This document shows positions 1 through 7,028 of a DNA stretch of 49,002 bases, in pieces. Numbering within the stretch: position 1 is the first letter of the stretch; every line of letters starts with the position of its first letter. The stretch comes from a virus (taxonomy: Duplodnaviria; Caudoviricetes), in the IMG/VR virus record IMGVR_UViG_3300046789_000016, positions 1-49,002 of that record. One strand, 5' to 3'. The position numbers were made by a program, and so were the translations under genes. The notes beneath the pieces are model-generated. The model was not told the DNA's origin. It worked only from the letters and a program-made list of their open reading frames with translations, and ran no database searches.

Positions 1-1125
1 CTGAAGGTTGAGCTTCAGGTTGTTGGCCTGAATCTCCGTGAGGCTCGGGTTGCCGATCAGCTTCCTCGCTCCTGCCACGTACTTGGGATCCGGTCGCCGG
101 CCGCTGAGCAGCAGGACGAACTGGAACTTGCCAGCCTGAATCGAACGACGGTTGTTGTAGTCGATCAGGTCTCTGAGCTTCGGGCTCTGCACCTCACGCA
201 GGAGGGCTTGACCCACGAGGTTGCGGATCGAGTGACCCTTCCCCGTGGGCTTGCCGATGGTCTGGTTCTTGCCGCTCAGCGCGTCGAGAACGTCGAACAT
301 CGGGAGCACCTCAGCCGTGATGAGCTCGTCCATCTCCTGCGAGTTGATGATGTCCGGGTTCATACCCGTGTCTCGCACGAAGACGGTCTTGGTCTGCGTC
401 TTCGCTGTCGCAGAGTTGCGGATGTCCGGCACCATGATGTTCAGGAGCCGGTCTCGAAGCGCCTCGTCGTAGGTCGAGACGCTGTTGCTGGCCGCGATGA
501 AGAACACGCGGGGCAGCTGGAAGCCTGCGACCCTGCGGCTCGTGAGAATGTCGAGCATCCCGTTGTAGACCTCCGGGAACCCACGCATGAACTCATCGAG
601 CAGCACGATGTCACCGTCCTTGAGACGGGTCCACATCGGGTTGTGCAGCAGCTTCAGCAGGACGTCGTGCTCGACGCCGTCCGTGCTGGTGCTCGGCATC
701 TGTACGCCCTCGAGTTCGAGAGGCGAGATGCGAGCGACGTTGAAGATGTGGAGGTTGACCTCCAGCATGGCAGCCAGCTCTTCGAGCATGCTGCTCTTGC
801 CCACTCCCGGAGGACCCACGAGGTGTGGGATGGGGCTACGCACGTCCAACGCCTGGTAGGCGTAGTACATGCGGATGATCTTGTCCATCATGGTGAGTGA
901 TTCCTTCTCTAGCCATTCGGCTCTGCGAGTCTTCGTGTATTGCTTGAACATCGAGATGTCCATAGCCTTGATCTCGGTCATCGTGATGGTGAACGAGAGA
1001 CCAGGGAGCTGCTCATCTGTGAAGACGAGTAGCTCACTGACCTTGCCGTTGAAGTCTTGGTACTCGTACTTGAGTCCCAGCTTCTCTACGTCATCGTGAT
1101 AGATGGCGCCTGTGACCCTGCCCAT
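1..1125 (-). CDS. AAA+ ATPase (MoxR-like), 3' end runs off the window; alternative start at 891
   Basis: Manual translation gives Walker A HLVGPPGVGKSS, Walker B IVLLDE, sensor FIAASN and arginine-finger-like ALRDR. The frame is open from ATG 1125; a second ATG-ATG at 891 has an SD-like GAAGGA. Confidence 0.85.
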   Translation of the reverse strand, partial: MGRVTGAIYHDDVEKLGLKYEYQDFNGKVSELLVFTDEQLPGLSFTITMTEIKAMDISMFKQYTKTRRAEWLEKESLTMMDKIIRMYYAYQALDVRSPIPHLVGPPGVGKSSMLEELAAMLEVNLHIFNVARISPLELEGVQMPSTSTDGVEHDVLLKLLHNPMWTRLKDGDIVLLDEFMRGFPEVYNGMLDILTSRRVAGFQLPRVFFIAASNSVSTYDEALRDRLLNIMVPDIRNSATAKTQTKTVFVRDTGMNPDIINSQEMDELITAEVLPMFDVLDALSGKNQTIGKPTGKGHSIRNLVGQALLREVQSPKLRDLIDYNNRRSIQAGKFQFVLLLSGRRPDPKYVAGARKLIGNPSLTEIQANNLKLNLQ

Positions 1126-1138
1126 GTTTAGTTGTGGT

Positions 1139-1182
1139 GGGTCAGGCCCCTGCTCTCCCCTCAGTGAGCAGGGACCTGACCC
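1139..1182 (-). terminator. 17-bp intergenic hairpin (terminator or RNA-processing stem), no U-tract
   Basis: Minus strand GGGTCAGGTCCCTGCTC-loop-GAGCAGGGGCCTGACCC, just after the stop of the 1189-1596 gene. Confidence 0.55.
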
Positions 1183-1188
1183 TCTCGG

Positions 1189-1596
1189 CTAGGCCGCGAC
1201 GATCTCGAGGCCCTCGCCGACCCAGATGACCTGGTCCGTCGTCGGGTTCTCCTCGATGATGCGGAGGACGGCGGAGTCGTTCGTCAGGGTGACGTCGATC
1301 TTGCCCTGGCCGGCGACGCTCTTCACCGCGTCGGAGACGTGGTAGATGAAGCGCTCGTCGGTCGTGCCGGTCTGGACGGCGCTCTTCAGCGCCTCGGCTG
1401 CCGCCTTGATGGGCGCGTAGAAGTCGCGCTCGGCCTGCTCGTACGCCTCCTGCGCCTTGGCGACGGTGTCGCTGCCGCGGAGGTTGTCCAGCTGCGCGCT
1501 CGACAGGACCGTGCGGCCGATGATGCCGTTGACGTCCGTGCCCTCGACGAGGACGCGTGCGCCAGCGAGCTTGGTGGTCTTGAACTGAGTGGTCAT
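1189..1596 (-). CDS. hypothetical protein (135 aa)
   Basis: SD AAGGAAAGGG before ATG; strong GC3 codon bias. Confidence 0.85.
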   Translation of the reverse strand: MTTQFKTTKLAGARVLVEGTDVNGIIGRTVLSSAQLDNLRGSDTVAKAQEAYEQAERDFYAPIKAAAEALKSAVQTGTTDERFIYHVSDAVKSVAGQGKIDVTLTNDSAVLRIIEENPTTDQVIWVGEGLEIVAA

Positions 1597-1652
1597 GGCT
1601 GACCCTTTCCTTGTGAGTGATGGTGAGTTGAGATGATCGTCCCACTCCTTCT

Positions 1653-1660
1653 ATTCTACC
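1653..1660 (-). promoter_or_regulatory. putative -10 element (GGTAGAAT)
   Basis: Intergenic, upstream of the 1596 start; matches the G-S-TANRAT motif seen before several other genes. Confidence 0.4.
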
Positions 1661-1726
1661 TCGGGCCTCCGACGTTCCTAGCGGTACGCGTTGCGGGTGG
1701 TAGTCATGTGAAGGGTGTGACAGCTG

Positions 1727-1948
1727 TTATCCAGCTAGAGCGAACGAACGGTCGTAGTAGATCCCGTGCGCGTCGATCGCCTTTCGGATGTTGCCTTCTT
1801 CCGTGCTGCGGAAGGCAGCGTGCGTAGTCGGGTCCTCGTGGATCCAGTACGCGTTGCCCTTCCTGTCCCAGGTGAGGTACCAACCGTTCTCATCCTTGTC
1901 GAGGATGAGCGGCCAGTCAAGGACTAGCGGAGTAGGGATGTCCACCAC
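1727..1948 (-). CDS. hypothetical protein (~73 aa, aromatic-rich)
   Basis: Part of ORF 1727..1987; GTG start at VVDIPTP chosen to limit overlap; start uncertain. Confidence 0.65.
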   Translation of the reverse strand: MVDIPTPLVLDWPLILDKDENGWYLTWDRKGNAYWIHEDPTTHAAFRSTEEGNIRKAIDAHGIYYDRSFALAG

Positions 1949-2108
1949 GCAGAAAGCCCTTGGCCTTCGCCCGGCGGATGACCTCACTCGGGCTTGGCCG
2001 AGAACCCCTCTCGATCAGGCGATCCTCGCTGTCGATCGCGGCACACTGGCAGTGTGCAGCGGGGTCCTTGCGCTTGGGACAACCGTGACGGTGTGCGTCG
2101 TCGGTCAT
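1917..2108 (-). CDS. small Cys/His-containing hypothetical protein (63 aa)
   Basis: ATG overlaps the upstream TGA (ATGA coupling at 2105-2108); sequence HRHGC...HCQC. Confidence 0.6.
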   Translation of the reverse strand: MTDDAHRHGCPKRKDPAAHCQCAAIDSEDRLIERGSRPSPSEVIRRAKAKGFLRGGHPYSASP

Positions 2109-2842
2109 GGGAGCAACCCCAATCTCTTGAGCGTGATGATGATCTGCATCCCGCGAGGCCTGCCACTCCCGGTGGATCCGGGTCGTGGTTGCAGGTTTCT
2201 CGGGATCCACTTGGCGTAGCGCGCGTACGGGTTCATGCCCTGCTTGTACGCTGCCTCCACGTCGTCGTACTCATTGAGCACGTCACGCAGGAGGAGCTCG
2301 TACTCCTTCTGGGAGAGCGAGCGCCCGACCTTGAAGCTGGACCCCGGCCCTGCGCCGAGGTCTGTCTTGACGAGGTCGAGCAGCTTCTCGGCGAACGCCT
2401 TGCTGATGACGATGGCTGGCTTGCCACCGTCGATGAGCGGTTCCTGGTTGAGCTCGATCTCGAGCTGTGCCCGGATCTCGGCGAGTTGCGCTGGCGCGTA
2501 GCCGAAGTCCGGTGGCTCGTCGATCCACTTCATCCCTGCGTTCTGGACGTTGGAGTACTGCCCGAGAGCGGCAGTGTTAGTGTTGTGGGAGCTGTTGTTC
2601 GTCAGCTGAGCGACAGGGCTGCTGACCGCCAAGTACTTCTCTATGAGCGTTCGTTGGTACTCGTTGCTCATGAAGTTGGGCACCGTCGTTGCCGGAGCGT
2701 CCATCAGGTCCATGAGCTCGGAGGCCTGCTCCGCGCTCATCTCCGTGTGGACTGCCCGCTTCTTGACGGGGAACTTGACCTTCCTGTCCTCCGGCTGTCC
2801 AGTCGGAGGGTGGTACGGCAGGTCGTCGTCGTACGGGTTCAC
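2105..2842 (-). CDS. hypothetical protein (245 aa)
   Basis: Start overlaps the stop of the upstream gene (GTGA); coding-like codon bias. Confidence 0.8.
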   Translation of the reverse strand: MNPYDDDLPYHPPTGQPEDRKVKFPVKKRAVHTEMSAEQASELMDLMDAPATTVPNFMSNEYQRTLIEKYLAVSSPVAQLTNNSSHNTNTAALGQYSNVQNAGMKWIDEPPDFGYAPAQLAEIRAQLEIELNQEPLIDGGKPAIVISKAFAEKLLDLVKTDLGAGPGSSFKVGRSLSQKEYELLLRDVLNEYDDVEAAYKQGMNPYARYAKWIPRNLQPRPGSTGSGRPRGMQIIITLKRLGLLP

Positions 2843-3648
2843 TCGAGTCCCTCCATCAGCGAGTCGAGGTTGTCCTTCTCCATCGTTGCGATCTCCTTCG
2901 CTACGCGTCGGAGCTCTGCGATGTCGTTGTCTTCGACAGCGATCGCGATGCTCTGATAGATGCTGCCGAGCGTGAGCTTGTCCTTGTCGCTCTTGCTCAG
3001 CAGGTAGTTGCTGACCTGGACGTAGCCGACCAGCAGGTCCTCACGGACCAGCGTCAGGTCGTACCCGTAGTCGTGGTACTTGACGTACCGGCCTACCTCT
3101 CGGAGCCCTTGGTACTGGCTGATGAAGCCGTTCCGCCAGCTGGTGCGGCGGATCGGCAGCAGTGGCAGTGGCCCGTTGAGGTCCTGACCGGGGTAGAAGA
3201 ACGAGCGCATGTCTCTGAGGAGACCGTCTCGCGCGTCTATCCCGATGGCCAGGAACCCGAAGTCGAAGCTCTCGATCACCTGACTCAGGCTGGTGGTCGG
3301 ATGACCGTCCACCAGCTTGTAGATCACGTTGACCTCGATCCCCCCCTGGGTGAGCTTCAGGCTGTTGGTGTGCCACTTGTTGAAGCCGTGCTCGAGCCAT
3401 CGAGTCCACACTCGTTCGTGTGTCTCATCGATGACCCAACCGGCTGAGATCAGTCGTTGTGCCGCAGCGATCAGGCTGTTCTGGCTGCTGCAGAAGACGT
3501 CCACGTCGCTGTAAGCGTCGGGGCCGACCACTGCAGAGTAGGTGTCCGCGGCAACGGCACTCCCCGCGAGGAACGCAGGGAGGCCGTTGACCACGGACAG
3601 CACGGCCTGAATCGCGCGATCGGCCGTCGGCCGGATCACGCTCGCCAT
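2839..3648 (-). CDS. nucleotidyltransferase, Pol-beta superfamily (269 aa)
   Basis: hG[GS]...DxD signature AFLAGSAVAA...YSDVDVF, third-strand IEVNVI and SFDF motif; ATG 3648 directly follows the upstream stop. Confidence 0.75.
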   Translation of the reverse strand: MASVIRPTADRAIQAVLSVVNGLPAFLAGSAVAADTYSAVVGPDAYSDVDVFCSSQNSLIAAAQRLISAGWVIDETHERVWTRWLEHGFNKWHTNSLKLTQGGIEVNVIYKLVDGHPTTSLSQVIESFDFGFLAIGIDARDGLLRDMRSFFYPGQDLNGPLPLLPIRRTSWRNGFISQYQGLREVGRYVKYHDYGYDLTLVREDLLVGYVQVSNYLLSKSDKDKLTLGSIYQSIAIAVEDNDIAELRRVAKEIATMEKDNLDSLMEGLE

Positions 3649-3649
3649 G

Positions 3650-3961
3650 CTACTCGGCGACGGCGTCGTCGAGGGCGTCGGCGTACGACTGCCCCTCGTT
3701 CGGCGTCTCGACCTCGAGGCCCGACGCGACCCGGAGGTCGTGGACCTTGGCGGAGGCACGCTCCTGCAGGCCCTGCCAGCGTGCGAGCTGGTTGTTGGCG
3801 CGCTCGAGCTCTGCCTCGGCGCCGGCCAGCTGTCGCTTGCTGGTCTCGGCCTTCTTGGCGACGGCCTCGGCGAGCAGGCGCTCTGCGCGCAGGACCGGGT
3901 CCTCCCGCGGGACGACCGGCTTCTTCGGTGCCGACGAGTCGGCTGCTTTCTTGGCGACCAT
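3650..3961 (-). CDS. coiled-coil hypothetical protein (103 aa)
   Basis: Strong SD AAGGAGGAG before ATG 3961 (MVAKKAADSS); heptad-like helix. Confidence 0.8.
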   Translation of the reverse strand: MVAKKAADSSAPKKPVVPREDPVLRAERLLAEAVAKKAETSKRQLAGAEAELERANNQLARWQGLQERASAKVHDLRVASGLEVETPNEGQSYADALDDAVAE

Positions 3962-4001
3962 TCGGTCTCCTCCTTCTGTCTGACTAGGATTGTTTGACAG
4001 T

Positions 4002-4467
4002 GTTCCACGGCGTGGAACTCCTCCCATCATCGCGCCTAGCCGCAATGATGGGAGGAGGTGTTGGCAGTTGGTATAGCGGTTACTGCCGTCCGCTGCTAGT
4101 AGTTCTCGCTGATAGCTCAACGCTGACTGATACCCAGGCAGACGCTTCTGATAATGCTCAGTGATAGGCGGCGTCCCCATAGTTACTGCTTAGCTCGCTA
4201 GGTAGCGGGCTCTTCTCATATCGACGGGTGGGATGAAACCAACGTCGTGAGGGTCTTGATGGTACGTCTGACGAGCAGTGTCTAGCCCACATATGGTTAG
4301 ACACTGCTCGTCAGGGCTTGATGACCGCAGGATTCCGTCGTTGATCAGACGACGTGCGGGTTACCCAGTGGTCCAGGCTACACTTGCTCATCTCGTACGA
4401 ACAGGCCTGGTCCTGTTCAGAGGGTCTGTGTTAGCCCGGCTCCCTTGATAAACGCAGGAGCCGGGCT
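4002..4467. other. hairpin-dense non-coding tract, candidate structured RNA
   Basis: Inverted repeats at 4018-4030/4045-4057 (13 bp), 4268-4284/4298-4314 (17 bp) and 4433-4443/4457-4467 (11 bp); no convincing CDS. Confidence 0.45.
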
Positions 4468-4570
4468 CTTCCCGTGAGACAGATCACCGATGGCCGCGCT
4501 AGAGAGCTCCCTGTAATCAGCAGGTACGGTCCCCAGGGTCGAGCAATCTGACTGTCAAGTTCACGAGGGT

Positions 4571-4720
4571 CTAGGTGCAGGCCCAGCATCGCTTCGACAG
4601 CCACTCATCGCTGAGCGGGTCGAAGATCAGCTGGACTTCCGTGCCGTGGCACGAGTCACAGACGTCATGCAAGGGCATGAGCTGTCCGTTCTGCAGCAGG
4701 CTGTCATCACGCTTCGGCAC
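4571..4720 (-). CDS. small putative zinc-ribbon protein (49 aa; not in ORF track)
   Basis: Manual translation MPKRDDSLLQNGQLMPLHDVCDSCHGTEVQLIFDPLSDEWLSKRCWACT has two CxxC motifs; start overlaps the upstream gene end. Confidence 0.55.
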   Translation of the reverse strand: MPKRDDSLLQNGQLMPLHDVCDSCHGTEVQLIFDPLSDEWLSKRCWACT

Positions 4721-5108
4721 TGGGGCACCATCCCTCGTGCTCGTCCCCGATGTCGGCGCCGCAGGCGCAGAGGATCCGCTGCGGCTTGGTGGCCACGATC
4801 AGGTCGGCGATGAGCTCCTGGTACTCGGGCGACCGGCCATGCCGGATCAGCTCGAGCAGCTTGGCGTGCCGCGTGGCACACGCGTAGAACGTCCGTCCCA
4901 GCTCGATGGCAGCGTCAGCGAGGCTGAGCTCGGTGGTCAGCAGGAACAGGTCCTCTTCCTCCTCCCAGCGCTGCTTCCCGTTGACCGCGTGCTCCAGGCT
5001 GTTCTCCTGGTAGCGTGCGATGTTCCGAGTGGCAACGGCCATGAGCTCTGCACGTCGCTCGTCAGTGAGCTTGTCCCAGGTAGAACCGGGAATGCGATGA
5101 CGGCTCAT
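4707..5108 (-). CDS. putative Myb/SANT-like HTH DNA-binding protein with C-terminal Cys/His knuckle (133 aa)
   Basis: RWEEEEDLFL...AAIELGRTFYACATR matches the W-x2-EED...LGRT pattern; C-terminal CACG...H...C; ATGA-coupled start at 5108. Confidence 0.6.
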   Translation of the reverse strand: MSRHRIPGSTWDKLTDERRAELMAVATRNIARYQENSLEHAVNGKQRWEEEEDLFLLTTELSLADAAIELGRTFYACATRHAKLLELIRHGRSPEYQELIADLIVATKPQRILCACGADIGDEHEGWCPSAEA

Positions 5109-5254
5109 GCCGGAAGGGCCTGGAACGCGAGAACGATGAGGATCGCTGTGGCCAGGCCACTCGCGTACCCCACGATGAAGCCGACACGACCCCAGTTCCA
5201 CTGGAAAGTCGTCTTGATGTTGGTCTTGTTAGACCTCGTCTTGATGGTACTCAC
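5105..5254 (-). CDS. small membrane protein (49 aa; not in ORF track)
   Basis: MSTIKTRSNKTNIKTTFQWNWGRVGFIVGYASGLATAILIVLAFQALPA has one hydrophobic helix; its stop overlaps the next ATG. Confidence 0.65.
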   Translation of the reverse strand: MSTIKTRSNKTNIKTTFQWNWGRVGFIVGYASGLATAILIVLAFQALPA

Positions 5255-5464
5255 TGTAATCTCTCTTTCGTAGATTCTCTCTTGAAGAAATATTCATTTC
5301 TCCTTTGTCTTCCTAAAATAGTCTTTCTATTTGGAGTGATAGCCATCACTCGGTCCTAGCCAGGACCTGTCAACAGCTGTTACACGACGCTAGCCAGCGT
5401 CACTTGTGTGCGAGACCAAGAGAAGATCGATGCCTCTCTCCCACCATTTTGAGGTGGAAATCTT

Positions 5465-5740
5465 GTAACGAAAACGTAACGAAAACGTAACGAAACGGTA
5501 ACGAAAGCCGTAACGAGAAGGTGCTGCAGCGTGTGGTCAGACCACGTAACGAAACTCCCAGGGGTAGTTTCGTTACGTTTTCGTTACGTTTTCGTTACGA
5601 GCTTGCCCATGTCTCGCATGGGAAGTTGGGCTCGTAACGAAGTAACGAAAAACCTTTGGGTAAAGTTGGTGAAGAGGTAGTTGAGGTTCAGAATGGGCCA
5701 TAAAAAGTTTGGCCCTAAAAAGTTCGTTACTTCGTTACGA
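5465..5740. repeat. array of 13 GTAACGA heptamers in direct and inverted orientation (iteron/origin-like)
   Basis: Plus copies at 5465, 5476, 5487, 5498, 5510, 5546, 5634, 5642; minus copies at 5570, 5581, 5592, 5724, 5732. Perfect inverted repeats: 32 bp at 5465-5496/5567-5598 and 18 bp at 5632-5649/5723-5740. Confidence 0.9.
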
Positions 5741-6160
5741 CCCGTACGGACTGCCCGTAGTCGGGCCCTGCGTACCAACTACCCTCCCGCCACCGCCTGC
5801 GTCGAGGCGCCCTCCCCCTGAGTGGGAGAGCTGAGAGAGGTACGAGCGAGGCTCGACCCTACACTAATGAAACAATCACATGCTGCTCCATCCACTATGG
5901 GATGGAACAGTGAGTGATGAGCTAGAAACATCGTGTAACGATGTTGATAAAAATAAACGTTGTGAAACAACGTATATAGATTGCTAATGCAATCATAGTC
6001 AATGCTAATGAATAGCATTCCACACATGTATCGTCTAGTGTGTGCCGGTCGCTCAGTAGCCTGAGCGCAAGCGTCACGCGACTAGATGAAGATCTTTTTG
6101 TACGGTTATTTTACTCGTCTCATGTGCGAGAATGCTTAAAAAAAGCATTGACTTAGATTG

Positions 6161-6201
6161 ATAAAAATAGAGTTGGACCCCTTGCGGGATCCAATTCTAT
6201 T
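6161..6201 (-). terminator. intrinsic terminator
   Basis: Minus strand AATAGAATTGGATCCC-GCAA-GGGGTCCAACTCTATT-TTTAT directly after the stop of 6202-6450. Confidence 0.8.
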
Positions 6202-6450
6202 CTAGCTCTGGTAGAACGCGATGCGTGCCTCATGCCGCTTGATTGCGGCCTCGTTGACGGTTGCACCGTTGGGCTGTGCCTTGAGTTCGCGGATAGCGAC
6301 CTCGTGCTTCTGCACAGTGGGCTCGTAGCTCTCTTCCAGAGATGCCACGAGTGCCTTCTTGAGTTCCCGTGTTGCGGGATCTCGCTGCTCGAGCATCTGC
6401 TGCTGCTGAAGTTCCATGAACTTGGTCATGTCGAAACCGAATGCGGCCAT
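6202..6450 (-). CDS. small helical hypothetical protein (82 aa), likely early
   Basis: SD AGGAG before ATG; followed by its own terminator. Confidence 0.8.
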   Translation of the reverse strand: MAAFGFDMTKFMELQQQQMLEQRDPATRELKKALVASLEESYEPTVQKHEVAIRELKAQPNGATVNEAAIKRHEARIAFYQS

Positions 6451-6480
6451 TGTCTTGCTCCTAACGTAGTTGGTGATACC

Positions 6481-6519
6481 AAAAATAGTTGATGATCCCC
6501 GAAGGGACCATAACCATTT
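6481..6519 (-). terminator. intrinsic terminator with C(UUCG)G loop
   Basis: Minus strand ATGGTTATGGTCCC-TTCG-GGGATCATCAACTAT-TTTT directly after stop 6520. Confidence 0.65.
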
Positions 6520-6636
6520 CTAGACGAGGCCTTCCTGTACCAGGTATTCGTTGACGAGATGCGGTGCATCGATGTTCAGCGTGTGGATTGCATCTGCGTG
6601 AGACATAGTTGAAACAGTCTGAAGCGTGGTAGCCAT
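6520..6636 (-). CDS. small hypothetical protein (38 aa; not in ORF track)
   Basis: SD TAAGGAG 5 nt before ATG; MATTLQTVSTMSHADAIHTLNIDAPHLVNEYLVQEGLV; followed by a terminator hairpin. Confidence 0.7.
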   Translation of the reverse strand: MATTLQTVSTMSHADAIHTLNIDAPHLVNEYLVQEGLV

Positions 6637-6984
6637 GATTTCTCCTTATTGATTCCTAATTCCAAAAATTGATTACTAAAACAAGTGTCACACTTATATC
6701 TATTGATTTAACTATGACATGCTTACATATACATATATATATAGGGGGTATATGATTGTTTATATTGTTTCATTAGTATTATAGGATCTGCCCAGAAGAG
6801 TTCCCGTAAAACCGTAAACCGTGTTACTATCGTCATACGCGGTATGGGCAGGCAATCTAGTAGCGGTCGGGCCGAGACGTCGGAGACCGAACCTGGAGGG
6901 ACTGTTCGCCGCCGAACAACGCTCGGCTGCACCCCGTTTCGTCGGGTTGCCGCCGAGCGTTGTCATCGGAACGGCTGGAAACAG

Positions 6985-6992
6985 GGTATGAT
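6985..6992 (+). promoter_or_regulatory. putative -10 element (GGTATGAT) for the giant gene
   Basis: About 37 nt upstream of GTG 7029; same motif class as other candidate promoters. Confidence 0.45.
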
Positions 6993-7028
6993 AGGACCAG
7001 TCCAGTTGTAGGAGCCCGAGGGGGACGT

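Noticed and set aside
3649-4180. ORF-track N-terminal extensions (2839..4008 and 3650..4180)
   Set aside because: Better starts with SD or coupling at 3648 and 3961; the extensions are off-frame overlap or non-coding-like sequence.
4268-4314. CTGACGAG as a hammerhead ribozyme core
   Set aside because: The motif is fully paired within a perfect 17-bp stem, and the GAAA core strand after stem II is missing.
5229-5297. 22-codon ORF MNISSRENLRKRDYSEYHQDEV behind AAGGAG
   Set aside because: SD-to-ATG spacing is only 2 nt and the ORF overlaps the next gene; not enough support to call.
5465-5740. Repeat array as a CRISPR locus
   Set aside because: Units are 7-11 bp, in both orientations, with no unique 25-45 bp spacers and no cas operon in the window.
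5584-6027. ORFs 5584..5778 and 5779..6027
   Set aside because: They run through the repeat array and AT-rich hairpin tract with no SD or coding-like codon pattern.
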